64,000 bases of DNA from Lama glama (taxonomy: Eukaryota), in NCBI GenBank assembly GCA_028534125.1, contig CM052837.1, forward strand, positions 1,798,001 to 1,862,000. The letters run 5' to 3'. The notes beneath the pieces were generated by a model that was not told the DNA's origin, searched no databases, and saw nothing but the letters and a program-made list of their open reading frames with translations. The position numbers were made by a program, and so were the translations under genes. How positions within the stretch are numbered: the first letter of the stretch is position 1; each line of letters starts with the position of its first letter. Shown here in pieces: positions 50,746 through 63,289 of this stretch.

Positions 50746-51961
50746 GCTCTTTCTTCCCCTCCTTCCCCCTTTGTGCTCTGCCCTCACGGAGCCCTCTTCT
50801 TGGGTTAGGCAACAGCCCTACAACCTCAGCCTCTGGCTTTTACCTCCTTGGCTACTGAAACCTGGGTTTTCACTGATTCTTCTCTGTCTCCTTCAGGATG
50901 GAGGTGAGATCATGGTCTTTTTCTCCTTCAAGGCCAATTCCGGACCTCATCCACCACCTGCTGTGCAGAAACCTCTCTCCCTTGACTTTGCTGCCTGGTC
51001 CCTCCTGGTAGCTACCGTGTCCTCTGATCTTCTGCTCATGTCCCTGTGTAGGGAAGAGTGGATAAAGGCAACTGTGGGTAGGCTACAAGTTAAAAATGAA
51101 AATGCTGGGCCTATTTCAAGCAGGGGAAGGCCTGAGCATCTCTGACGGTCACGCACAATGAGCAGGAGAAGGCATTTCCGAGACTGCATTGCAGGGTGAT
51201 GGATTTGGCCGATGCCTGGGAGGAGTGCTGTCTGTGTAGACTTTATCCCGAGTCTCTGGGAGGTGAGGCGTCTGTTGGCCCTGCCCTGTATCATGACGCC
51301 CTCCGAGACATAAGGGAGCAAACATTGCACTGGGGCAGAATGGACTTTGTCCAAGAACAGATGGACGCAGAGGCAAGGGACAAGGCCCTCGGTGGAGGAA
51401 AGTGTGAGCTAAGTAGTCCCATGACCGCTGTGACCCGGGCACTTGAACCTTAGCTGTGAGAGAGCCCAGGCTAGTCCATGCTGACTCTAGACCAAAAATC
51501 GCTGGACATGGTGACGGCAAAAGTGGAGAGAGGACGGCACTTTAACGTCCTTAGTTAATCACAGGCCGTTAGTCATTGAGTGCCGTAACCCAGTCGTGAC
51601 AGTGGTGAGTTTCCCCTGGGTCAGGGGGAGGTGTCATAGACAGCACTGCCGTTGTAAAAGGTCCCTCAGAAAGCTGGCGGTCTCATTCCAGCTAATGCAT
51701 TCCTGAAGTGCCTGCGTTTCACTGACACATGTGTGCCTGTCCTTGTGGACCTGCCCCAGTTCCTGGTGCATCTCTTTGAAGTACTTTGATGGAGTACATG
51801 TGACTTGATATCCAACTCTAAAATATTGCACAGAACTTTTCATCAGGAAATCTAAATACTTTTCTCCCCTAAAAATTGGGAAAAAAGTTTCTCTCATATA
51901 TTCCAATATATTTTTATTTTGAAAGGTTACTTCCTTTTTGAGGTTAAGATCTCATTTAGAT

Positions 51962-52450
51962 ATGCAATGGAATACTATTCAGCCATGAAAAAATAAAATA
52001 ATGCCATTTGAGCAACATGGATGGACTTCGAGATTATCATAGTAAGTGAAGTAAGTCAGCAGAGAAAGAAAAATACCACATGGTATCACTCATGTGGAAT
52101 CTAAAAACATGAGGCAAATTAACTTATTTACAAAACAGAAACAGACTCACAGACATAGAAAACAAACTTGTGGTTACCAGGGAGGAAAGGGGGTAGAGGG
52201 ATAAATTGATAGATAAATTGATAGATTTGCAGATACTAACTACTGTATGTAAAATAGATAAACAGCAAGTTTATACTGTAGAGCACAGGGAACTATATTC
52301 AACATCTTGTTGTAACTTATAATGAAACAGACTATGAAAACAATATATGTATGTTCACAGGTGACTGTAACATGTTACTGTACACCAGAAACTGACACAA
52401 CATTGTGAACTGACTATACATCAATAAAAAATATACATGTACCCATCAAA
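51962..52450 (+). mobile_element. 5'-truncated L1 3' end
   Basis: Perfect 16-bp TSD AAGATCTCATTTAGAT at 51946-51961 and 52451-52466, at a TT/AAGA endonuclease-type site. Confidence 0.92.
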
Positions 52451-53125
52451 AAGATCTCATTTAGATGCTGCACATGGTGTTTCAGTGTGGTTGCCACGCC
52501 ATGCCCGTGCAAAGGTGTGAACACACCTGCAGAGTAACGGGTAACATGTTTGTGTCTTCGTGAGAGAGGCCTTCTCATCACAGCGGCTGAGCACCACGGC
52601 TGCAGCTGGCCATGTAGCTCCGTGTACATCTTGCTTCCCCTCCTTGGCAGTGACCAGAGTCCTCCGCTGGGTGATTTATTGATGGACCGAACCCATAAAT
52701 GTGGTTGTCCTCGCAGGGAGAGAAACATGCTGTCCTGAATACTTGTAAAATGTTCCTATAAAAGTGTTTTGTGAGCAGTAATTTTATACTATTTTTTCCT
52801 TTAGAGATTTTAAAAAATTACTCATTTTACGCTGACAGAGACATTTGCACGTATCCCACCGAGGGCATTTGGGTTACCTTAAATGTCAGTCATTTTGACT
52901 CTTTTAAAAGAATTTTGAAGAGGTTCATCCTTAAAATAGTTTTTTTAAAAACATCTCTCCTGTGACATTGCTTTGCTTCTGAAGGTCAGCCTTCTTCTTT
53001 TTATTTTTGAAAAATGATATCTTTTGTCATAAATAAGTTTTTCTTCCTAAAACCAGTATTTAAAAAGTAGATCTTAAATATGCATTCATATGCTCCATTT
53101 CTAATTCATTATTTTAAACTTTCAG

Positions 53126-53169
53126 GCTCAACTTTAAAGAAGCTTCTACACACTGGAAATTCTATTAAG
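53126..53169 (+). CDS. RALGAPA2: RALGAPA2 exon 5 (GSTLKKLLHTGNSIK)
   Basis: Acceptor ...actttcag, donor AAG|GTATTT. 44 nt, phase 1 to 0, in frame with exon 4. Confidence 0.95.
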
Positions 53170-55304
53170 GTATTTATTTTAGATGAAAGTGTGGCATTTT
53201 TCATTACTCTTAAACTTATTTATGCCATAAAGTGACAAAATTAGACCATTTTGAAAAAAAATCTTTAGAAGCCATTTAATTAGTTTTTATTTTTAGTTGA
53301 GAAATTATATGCGAAGTATTGTTAGAGTTTTTGTTCTTCAGTCATGATTTATTGTGGTAGACACCTGAAGTATTATTAGGAGAAAGCGGCTTGGGATTTG
53401 GAGTTTGGAGTTCTGAGTTCTCATTTTGATTCTGCGGGGTGCGGCCAGGGAACCACGGCCAAGCTGCTAACTGCCCCAGTTTTATCGTGAGAAAAGAGAA
53501 GGGGTTGAACCAGTTTCTTCCTAAGCTTCAGAGTTAATGTGCCTGATTCTGTTCATCCCAGTGATCTTGGTGTTAAGATTATAGTTGTCTCTGAATTATT
53601 TTTGCTATTTTTGAGCTTTGATTGGGTTGGGGCCGGGGAGAGCAGCAGAGCCTTACTCTTAAAGATTTATTTGCAGCAGATCTTGTAATTTAGGTTGAAA
53701 TTAGCTTATTTTAATGTGTCTTTTATAATGGCAAGAGACCACTGGGCTCTAAGATACAATAGCCCTAAAATGTAAGTGACAAGAGAAGCCAGCCTGGGAC
53801 GTATGTATTGTGGGAGATAATTCACTTGTAGCTATTTGACTGGTGTGTGTGCTTTCAATAAGCTAATCCATTTTTGGTTTTAGACGAGTTTAAACAATCC
53901 TAGCCACTCACCTTGATAGGTTCACTATCTCTTAGCTGTTGAAAAAAACGAGGTGAGCTGTCCCTGGCTTCATGATAGTTTTTCTGTATTGTGTCCCTCC
54001 TGTTCAATGAATGGTCTTCTAGCTAAAACTTATCAGGTTGTTAGCTTCCATTTATTATTGGCTTTATTGTATTTAATTATCTTAAATGCAGTTAACAAAA
54101 AATTGGAGACTTGTGGTAGAATGTTGTGAAAACTTCTGTCTTGTTAAATTTACTCTAATTTGGTTAGACATTCATGGAGCTCTGCCTTTTTGTGTCTGGC
54201 GCTGAATAGCATTGCGTCCTCAGCAATGTCACCACCCACCTCACCTACTGGGGACAGGAGGACAAGTGCAGCAGGCACCCGGGGCAGTGCCGGGCCCACG
54301 GGCATGTCTGGGAGGGCACCGCGGGTCCACGGGTGGCGGGGCAGCACTGTCATCACATGGGTGTCTGTCTCGGTGGGTTTGACTTCAGTGAGAAGTCAAC
54401 CAGGCTTTTTCTCCCTCCCTCCCAGTCTCTCCTCCTCTTACCTTTCCTGCAGAGCCTCGGATTTGGCTTGGGCCTGGGCTCTGGACGAATCGGAGATCAG
54501 GCGGCCCCTCGGTCCGCCGGCATCCGGAGCTCAGGACGCCCTTCAGCTGACATTCCTCTCATCTCTTTGGCTTATTGGACTTCTTTTATTGACCTTTTCT
54601 TTTTAGCCGTTTAGGAATGTAAAAACGGAGGTACCTCTGTTTAGAAATTCCAGGGATGGGATGACATTGAAAGTAAGTGCCGAGGAGGAAAAGGGCACTT
54701 CTGCCCACATTGGGGTTTTCTTTCCGGGATGCTGACGACTGGGAGCCGGGCGCAGGCGCGGGAGAGGGCCGTAGGGACTGGCAGGGAAGCCGGGCTGCCC
54801 TGTCCCACGGAGCCAGGTCTTCAGGGTCCTGTTCAGCGCCAGGTGTTCTGATTTTCAGGACCGTCATATATATATGCACAATGTCATGAGACGACAAAAA
54901 GCCTTTCCAAAGCGCAGTGTAGATTTCGGGGAAGATGATCTTTGCGTTGTTTTCAAGGGTAATCGAGGGTCGATGCTATGGGCCATCACCCGAAGGGGTG
55001 AAATACAGCTCACGGGAGATATTCTCACAGCACTTACTGTGAGCCGGCCAGTTCAGACTCACTGAATCCCACTCCGGTGCTTTGTGGTGAACTCTGCCAT
55101 CGCCCCGAGTTTACAGTGAAGTCACGCGGTCCTCCCTCCACGGCGCACGGCTCCTTGCTTCCTGGTCACTAAGGGAGGAACTTGGTGCAGGACTTGAGTA
55201 ACGCCTCTAACTGCACTTCTCCCCTCAGAACCAGTGCCACGTCGCGCTGCACTTCCACAAAGACGTGCGCACGTCTAATTTCGTGGCCTTTCATTTTGTT
55301 TTAG

Positions 55305-55482
55305 ATAAGATGTGAAGGGATCCGGCTGTTTCTCCTGTGGCTCCAAGCACTTCAGACGAACTGTGCGGAGGAGCAGGTGCTGATTTTTGCCTGCCTGGTG
55401 CCGGGGTTCCCAGCCGTAGTGTCGTCCTGGGGGCCGTGTACACTGGAGACCCTGATCAACCCCAGCCCCAGTGCAGCTGACG
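55305..55482 (+). CDS. RALGAPA2: RALGAPA2 exon 6 ([59 protein letters not shown])
   Basis: Acceptor ...ttttgttttag with a CTAAT branch-like motif upstream, donor G|GTGAGT. 178 nt, phase 0 to 1. Confidence 0.96.
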
Positions 55483-56263
55483 GTGAGTGACGCCCGCCGA
55501 CCCTCCAGGTGCAGAGTCCCCTTGAAGCTACGTGGAGGGATCCCCTGGTCTGTCCTTGTCCTGAACAGAAACCGTGACTTCATCAGTGGGCCCTGAAGAG
55601 GGCCTACCCCTGTTGGCGCTCACAGGGGATCCCTGCACATGTTAGAATTGCCAGGATTAGGGTCTGTTCTGTGTGACACGTGCCAGGAGAGGTTTAGAGA
55701 GGGGTGGGGACAGGGCGGCAGGGAGGGGATGAGCGTTGGCAAGAGCAGAGACCCAGGGTCCATCTGGGGCATTCCTGTTGCTGTTAATGAGACGAGGTCT
55801 GCACCCCGAGCGCTGCTTGTCCTCGACGCTGCGGGTTTCTCTGTGGGCGCTCAGCTCTCACCCGGCGCTCTTTGGCCAGCTGTGTGTTTTCATGCGGCCT
55901 CCGTGGGAGGATAGCAGTGGCCTCACGGGACTATTAATGGCAGTCATCTGTGCCCTGTGAGTTTTCAAGGAACTTGCCTGTTAGGGCCATTGGTTCATTA
56001 CTGCAGCTCACCTTGTTGCCCAATGCCAGCTGTTTGATCTTGGGCGGGCCAGAGCGGAGGGTGGAAGGGAGAAGGGTGGTCCAGTGAGCAGGTGCTTCAT
56101 GGGCACCCGTCCCACGTGTCCTGGCCGCGCCCTCCGTGGGCACCGGCTCGGCCTGCAGGGTGAGCAGGGCGTGGATACATGTATTTTGATAGAGGCCATT
56201 TTTTAAAGCCCTGTTTAAAATTCAACTTTGCTGAAAGAGCTTTCATTATTTCTCACTCTGCAG

Positions 56264-56379
56264 CAAAGATATATCCAGAAGAAATCACTCCACTCCTGCC
56301 AGCCGTATCGGGGGAAAAGGTTGCTGAGGACCAAACATGCTTTTTTCTTCAAATACTGTTGAAATATATGGTTATCCAG
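56264..56379 (+). CDS. RALGAPA2: RALGAPA2 exon 7 ([39 protein letters not shown])
   Basis: Acceptor ...ctcactctgcag, donor CAG|GTATGA. 116 nt, phase 1 to 0. Visible within ORF 56179..56385. Confidence 0.96.
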
Positions 56380-56562
56380 GTATGAGCAAAATCAGAGATG
56401 ATTCAGTGGCCGTGTTCTCAACAGGAGAGAAAACACGTTGCCTCTTTTCTTCCTGTTCATCCATCTTTTATGTTTCTACTTTTTCTTTGAGATAATTTGA
56501 TGTGATATTTCACTAAGCAGAGAATATGTGCCAGGTCACTTAGCAAAGACCAGGCGTACGTA

Positions 56563-56712
56563 CTGTGTGTGTGTGTGTGTGTGTTACTATGTGTGTGTGT
56601 GTGAGACTCTGTGTGTGTGATACTGTATCTGTGTCTGTGTGTGTGTGAGACTGTGTGTGTGTGTGAGTTACTATGTGTGTGTCATAGTGTGTGTGTGTGT
56701 GTGTGTGTGTGT
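56563..56712 (+). repeat. Compound, interrupted (TG)n microsatellite
   Basis: Read directly; interruptions gttactat and gagact each occur twice. Confidence 0.95.
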
Positions 56713-57868
56713 AAACTATCCAGGTCTCCATCTGTCTGTCTCCTTTACTGTCCCTTATTTCATATTATTCACACAGAACACCGCCCTTACAACGCGTCTG
56801 CTCACCAAGTGTGTGGGAATTCTCTCCCGCCAGTAATTCCCCGTGGCCCCAGCTGAGTGTCTTGCAGTGTAACTCAGTTCTGACGCATCCTTCCTGGAGG
56901 AGCCTCAGTTGTCACGGGACAAGACCCGGTCCTGTCTGGCTGCTCCCACCCCATTCAGAGGCCAGTCGCGGGGATTATGTCCCCAGGTTCCCCACAACTT
57001 CTATCCAACGTGGCTACAAATCAGAGGGTCCCTGTTCCCTCGTCGGGTTCAGTTAGTTTCCTAGAGTGGCTCACAGAGCTCAGGGAGGCCCTGTTTGTAA
57101 AGGGTGTGATAAAGGACAGGGCGAATAGCTGATGGAGACACATGAGGCGAGGCCCAGGAGGGCCTGAGCGCAGGGTCTCCCGTCCCTGTGGCCCGGGTGT
57201 GTCACCCTCCTGGTCTGGGGCTGTGTTCAGCCTGGAAGCTCCCTGAGACCCGGGCTGTTGGGATTTTTAGGGCACGTCCTTGCGGGGGCAGGATCAGAAG
57301 TTAACCCCGCTTCCTGCCCCTCCCCTGCTCTGGTGCCTTGGGGTGGGGCGGGCAGAAGCTGCAGATTCCAGGTTTCCATTCTGGCTCTGTCCTTCTGGTG
57401 ACCGGTCCCCATCCGGGCACCCTTCAGGGAGCCTGGTGCTCTTATCACGTAGAACCTGCAAGGGTCTGCAGAAGTGGATGCTCGGACATAGAAAACAAAC
57501 TGGTCTCCAGAGGTTTCCAGGAAAGGGGTAGGGGAGGGATAAATTAGGAGTTTGGGATTAACAAATATGTACTACTGTGTATAAAATAGGTAAACAACAG
57601 GGACCTACTGTAGAGCACAGGGAGCTATGTTCAGTTTTTTTTTTAAATTTCAGTTTCTTGTAATAAGCTATAATGGAAAGGAATCTGAAAAATACATATA
57701 TGTGTGTATATGTATAACTGAATCGCTTTGCTGTACACCTGAAACTAACGTTGTAAATCAACTACACTTCAATAAAAAATAACATTAAAAAAAATTTACA
57801 AGAGTTTTAGGAGCTCTGTGCCAGGAACCAGGGGCAGAGACCAGTACGGATCTTTTCTGTTATCTCAG
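56710..57868 (-). mobile_element. MER21-like ERVL LTR with a nested L1 3' end (+, ~57485-57795)
   Basis: cagctgagtgtcttgcagtgtaactcagttctgac...ctagagtggctcacagagctcaggga...ttttaggagctctgtgccaggaaccagggg. Confidence 0.7.
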
Positions 57869-59940
57869 AGCGTTTACCTGCTTTGGGCTGTTTGCTGCCC
57901 CACTGCCTGGTTCTCTCTGCTGGTGAGACCAGGGTGGGGGAGCAGCCGGCCCAGAGGCAGAGGGATGGTCCGGAATCCACAGAGTCGGGGGAGAGGAAGG
58001 AAGCCCATGGGATTACCTCCTCCTGCCTTCAGCCTGGGGCTCCTTTACGTCACCTGCTTCTTTCTCTTATATTTACCCGCTGAAAAGAGAACTGAAATTG
58101 TTAGCTTACGGTTTCAGTAGGGGATTTATGTCTCTTGGTCTCTGTTTCTGAACATTGATATGGTTCAGAGAAAAGCTACTGATCCTTTCCTCCCAGTGAA
58201 CACGCCGCTCGTCCCCGAGCTCCTCCGGCATCGTTCAGGCCGCGCCCTCCCCTGCGCAGCCCGGGCCGTGGACGTAACAATCTCCACCAAGTCCACTTCC
58301 CCGCCTGACGTGCCTTGGACGTGACTGTCACCTGCCTTTGCCCTGTCACTGCTGGGTCGGGGGCCCAGGACGCCGAGGGATCTGGAGTCAGGTCCAGAGC
58401 AGGACCCTCTGGTGTCTGCCGTCCTTGATCCTTCAGGCGATGTGGCAGGGACCCCTCCTTCATCAGAGCCTCTCCTGCTGGGGTGCCTCCCCCAGCTTCT
58501 CTCCCCCTTTCTTTACTCCTTTCCAGTTTTCTGGAGGATTCTGCGCTTCTCTCTGCCAACCTTAGAGGTCAGTCCTTGGCTGCCCTCTCTGCCCACCTCG
58601 TCCTGGGGGTGGTCCTGTGCACTGTCCTGTTCCCGATTCCTTTAGCATCCGAAGCATGGGCCCTCGAATCCTGAGAGCCCGCCCTAGGTCCCCATTGTCT
58701 CCCGTGAGCTCCCTGTGCTAGCTGCGCTGGCCCTTCCTGTGTATATCTCAGTCCCTTCTGCTCAGAAGTGGTCGGGCATCCCCTGTGCCCTGGGAAATCA
58801 GCAGGGCGCCTAGACCTTGGGTGTGTCGGGGGACTGGGGTTTCCACCGTAGACATGTCACTGGTGAGCTGTGTGACCTCGGATGTCACGTGACCCCAGGA
58901 CCCCGCTAGAGGGAGGATGCCATTGACAGAGGGTGGAGGTGAAGCCCCCAGACTGTGTGCGGAGCTGTGTGTGCCTGTGTACCCACTCCCTCCATCTGCT
59001 GGGGCGAGGCCTCAGAGCAGAGTGTCCCCCGTGGCTCAGCCGGGGCACATCTGACAGACGGCAGCCGCTGAGCCCCCGCCCCCGCGTTGGCCGAAACCCC
59101 TCACCCCCCACCTCACGTGCCACACAGATACTACCCTGTTCCGGGTGGGCTGAGTCCTGAAGGCAGTTGGGAAGCTCTGCTTTAGAGCTCTGTGCGGTCC
59201 ACCTGGTGCGACAGGCCTTCCCCAGGGGCTCGTGTGTCCCTCTGTCGGGGAGGGACAGCGCTTCTGCTACCAGGCTGCCCTCCAGGCTTGTATGGGCCGC
59301 TCCCTGCTCTGGAGCTCATCCTGTGCGAACATGGTGCTGGCGATTTGAGGGGAAAATAGTGTCTAGAGACAATGGAAGCTTTAAACTTACTATGCAGCGG
59401 GGCTGGCTGGCCTGCTTTACTGTGGCCTGTGGGCTGCTTTTTATGCCCTTCCCAAGATTCTGCAGCTTTGCATTTTGGTAATGATTTTGCATGTAGGTAA
59501 CATGGGATGAAATCCTTGCAAGAGATGCTGTCTTTAATTCCTGTTTATTATAAATGGCCTCTTTCGAGTTACAATAAAGAAGCGCCTAATTACATCTCAC
59601 TAAACATTATAAAGGCACAAAGAACATGAAGTGATCACCAAGGATGTGTAGATACAAACATGGGCGTGGTACGTAGCAGAGCAAGTTCGAAAGGATGTGA
59701 TATCCTTGCGTGACTTTTTTCCCTTGCAGGTGCAGTAAAATGCTGTTTTAAATGTAGTCACTGTTTGTACTGAAACACTCATTCTCGTCATCTTCTGAAT
59801 TTAAAATATTACAAGATCGTCCGCGTGATTTACCGGGCTGTTGCTCGGGGCGGGGACTTGATGGCGCAGCAGCGCTTCGGCTGAGTGGCTGTCAGCCGGC
59901 AGTGTGAACGACGTGTGCCCTTTCCCCGTGTCGCCCGCAG

Positions 59941-60079
59941 GCCGCCAGCCTGGAGTGGAGCAACAAGGAGAATCAGGAAACTGGGTTTGAGTTTCTCTTC
60001 ACGTTGTTTCGAAAGTATTACCTTCCCCATTTGTTTCCGTCGTTTTCGAGGCTGACGAGCGTCTACAGGCCTGTGCTCG
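59941..60079 (+). CDS. RALGAPA2: RALGAPA2 exon 8 ([47 protein letters not shown])
   Basis: Acceptor ...tcgcccgcag, donor G|GTGAGT. 139 nt, phase 0 to 1. Confidence 0.95.
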
Positions 60080-61264
60080 GTGAGTGCCGGCCGGTCCCCG
60101 CCGAGTGACCGTCGAGTATTTTTCAGCAAGATAGTGCTTGTTTCTCATATTTAGTGTAACTTTATTGTAGGAGGTTTGAAGTTTCTCAGTAAATGACTTT
60201 AGCTGTTTGTTCAGACTAAGATCTACCGCAGTTCACAGCAGCGGCAGGGAACCTGTGGCTCCTGCACTCAGAAATAATTTGGTATGTATCATGATACTTT
60301 CGGTGTGATTACACTTAATGAATTTTTTAATGTAAAAACAAGCCAGAATTCCTTACAGTATCCTCTTAGAGGGAGGGGGGTGTGGTGACCCCAGACCTTG
60401 CTCAGTGGTGAGGTCGGCCAGCCCCGGCCGCATGGCTGCACACAGTCTGCTTTTTTAAAAATATTGGATCTTTCATTCAGCAGGTAGTGCTGCCAGCTGC
60501 CGGCAGAGGGACAGACATTCGGGTGATCGGGGAATCTCGGGGCAGGAAGCCCCAAGGGATAGGAGACGCAAGGGGATTTCTCACTGAGCTTCTAGAGTTT
60601 TCCTTCTGTAAGGAGTGGGGACTCACAGGACAGAAACATCTCCGGTGGAGATGGGGGCAGCCAGTCTTCCTCTCTCTGTTATTTTAAAAGGGTGAAATTT
60701 GTTCAGATGAATAATCAAGAGCAGTTCTGGCGGGGGAAAGGTCACAGCAGACGCTGCTCCACCCGGGGAACGTGGACAGCGGAGTCAGGTGACTGTGGGT
60801 GTTTCCGTGTGTCCACACCCTCAGGAAAGGGGAGGGCAGCTGCAGCTTGGCTCATTTAGAAAGTTCTTGACGTCCTGGTCATTCACGGTGCTGGAATATG
60901 TATTCTGTTAGCTATATTTATTTGGGCATTTTTTTCAAAAATTGTTTCTGATCTTCTCAGTAGTCCATATATGCATTGTAGAAAATATGATGTGTTGTGA
61001 ATATCCATGGAATAAGAGTGTTTTGCTGAGAACTTTTCTGCCTCATGCAGGTGCCTTCAGGTGTATAAAGATTGGTGAGAGTCGAGCTCACAGCAAGTAG
61101 CATCTCAGATTCCATACCACGTAATCCTCGTATTGACTGTGGGATTTAAAGAATGAGAAAAAGACTTATTTTTATTTCTTTAAAAATGGTGGTATCTGAT
61201 ATCTTGAAGATGAAACATGACTTTATGAATTCTTTTAGACATAAAGTAGACTATACTAATTCCC

Positions 61265-61360
61265 TTTCTTTCTTTCTTTCTTTAATGGCAGTACTGGGGA
61301 TTGAACCCGGGACCTTGTGCATGTTAAGCATATGCTCTACCACTGAGCTATACCCTCCCC
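61265..61360 (-). mobile_element. tRNA-Ala-derived SINE (camelid Vic-1 type)
   Basis: Reverse complement GGGGAGGGTATAGCTCAGTGGTAGAGCATATGCTTAACATGCACAAGGTCCCGGGTTCAATCCCCAGTACTGCCA followed by an (AAAG)n tail. Confidence 0.88.
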
Positions 61361-61847
61361 CCAATTTCTGTTTCTTTGGGTTCATTTAAAGGGAAAAGTT
61401 TATAAAACTAAAGATCATTGGATTTAATTACCATGATGTTGGATGTTAAAATACCTACTATGATTTTTAGAAGTCTGTATATGCTTTTACATTTGTTCCA
61501 GTCGTAAGATTAAATTAGTTATAACTTATGCGAAAAAGTTTTCACTGTTATAATCTCATATAATTTCTCAAATGTGTCAAAAAGAGTTACTACCTTTGTT
61601 TCTCCACAGCCGTGCACTGTAGTTGTGTGTAAACAACAGCAGCCACCACTCTGTGTTGGTCAGGTTGCAGGGCGGAATCAGAAACAGGTCTACCAGAGGT
61701 GCTGTTTTAATCATTTCTGGTTCTTTAATCTCAGCTGTTATTTAAACCACCAAACAGGTGTCCATCTAATTAGAAACGGAAGCGTTTGTGGGGCTGACAT
61801 AACGCTGAGATTCACTGACCGAATCGGGCGGTCTTGTTTTCCCGCAG

Positions 61848-62047
61848 ACACCCCCCACTCCAGGCCGAAGCCGGTGTACGTCACGACAACTCGAGACAAT
61901 GAAAACATTTACAGCACGAACGTCCCTTACATGGCAGCTCGAGTTGTTTTTATTAAGTGGATTGTAACTTTCTTTCTGGAAAAAAAGTATCTAACGGGCA
62001 CACAAAACACTAAAAATGGAGCCGATGTCCTGCCTAAAGTCATCCAG
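61848..62047 (+). CDS. RALGAPA2: RALGAPA2 exon 9 ([67 protein letters not shown])
   Basis: Branch-like CACTGAC at ~61813, acceptor ...ttttcccgcag, donor CAG|GTAAGG. 200 nt, phase 1 to 0. The gene continues beyond the window. Confidence 0.96.
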
Positions 62048-63289
62048 GTAAGGCACCCATCGCTTTCTCTTTTCACACTGGTGTCGTGACAGACGCGGAC
62101 AGGTGCCAAGGTAGCTGACCGTCAGGGTCACTGGCTCTCGCAGGTTGTTGGCTACGGGGCCTCGAGTTTATTGGCTCACCCGCCTACCATGCTGGGCCTC
62201 AGAGGGAGCCGCGCGTGCGTCACGAGCACTCGTTGTGCTCCGTGGGCATCGTCCAGGCAATCTTGGTGGCGAAGGAGGCGTTCTGGAAGATGCTGCCGAG
62301 CGCCCTCCTGGCTCCCTCTCATCTTCCCTCCTTCCCTCAAGTCCCCGTGACCTCTGAGCAGAAGACCCAGGGCCTCTTGCCCCAGGAAGGGCCTCAGGAA
62401 TTGTGAGGTGGTCCCTGGAGGGAACCTGTGAGACCACCAGGTGTCCCTGGGATCTCAGGGGCAGGGAGGGCCGGCCGCTCAGGATTTCGGGTGATTGTTG
62501 AGCTGTCAACGGGCCCCTGGAAGAGGAGGCCGCCTCTCCCCGAGGCCTTGGGTGAGGACCTCTTCTCACATGGAGCCACAGGGCCACTCGCGCTTGGTGG
62601 CCTTGGTCACACACACATGCGGTCTCCCAGCGGGCTGCGTAGCTTCTAGCCTTTGTGTGAGGAGAGCAGGATCACTCGTGGCAGGCAGAGCGGCCACTTC
62701 ATGGAGGAGTCACGGTTTCATTTGCTTCTTAATTGGCCCCAAGAACAGAGCCAGAAAGTGTAGTCCATTTAGTGCAGGTTGGCCAGTGCGCTGGAGGTGC
62801 CAAAAGTGTGACCTCTGCCCGAGCTCACGGTGTGCTCGCCTGGGGGCTGAGTACCCCGATGCAGGAGCACTGAGCAGGCCCAGAGCCCGGGCCCCACTGG
62901 CCAGCACTGACCGAAGGCCGGGAGGAGCTTGTTTCCAAAGACAACTGAGAGAGGCAGGATGCCAGGAGGATAACAGAAGACTCTCTGCAAAAAAGGGTTT
63001 TTTTTTTAAGAAAAAACTTAAATTTCTGAATTTAAAATTTTAATTGGGTAAACCCGAAATGGTAATAGTCACTGCTGAGAACAAAATTGGTCTTCTGAAG
63101 CAATACCGCACAATGCTGGTTAAAAAAAAATCAGAGCTGGAAGTCAGAAATGAGTAGTAAGAGCTGGGGACGGGTGCAGACCCACCTTGCAGATACTGTG
63201 AGGGCAGAAGGAGGGAAAGGTGAGAGGTAATGACTGAGCTGAGAGTAAGGAAAGTGTACCTGAGCTGGGAAGAGTCATGCCTTAGACCG

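Noticed and set aside
50125-51145. Pro/Ser-rich 180-186 aa ORFs
   Set aside because: These are translations of the 32-bp minisatellite; the unit length is not a multiple of 3.
53170-53177. Possible U12-type donor after exon 5 (GTATTTAT)
   Set aside because: Does not match the U12 consensus GTATCCTT; treated as a weak U2 donor.
61574-61847. In-frame open extension upstream of exon 9 with an acceptor-like site at 61609
   Set aside because: That AG is phase 0 while exon 8 ends in phase 1, so it gives no in-frame product, and the extension has no RALGAPA similarity.
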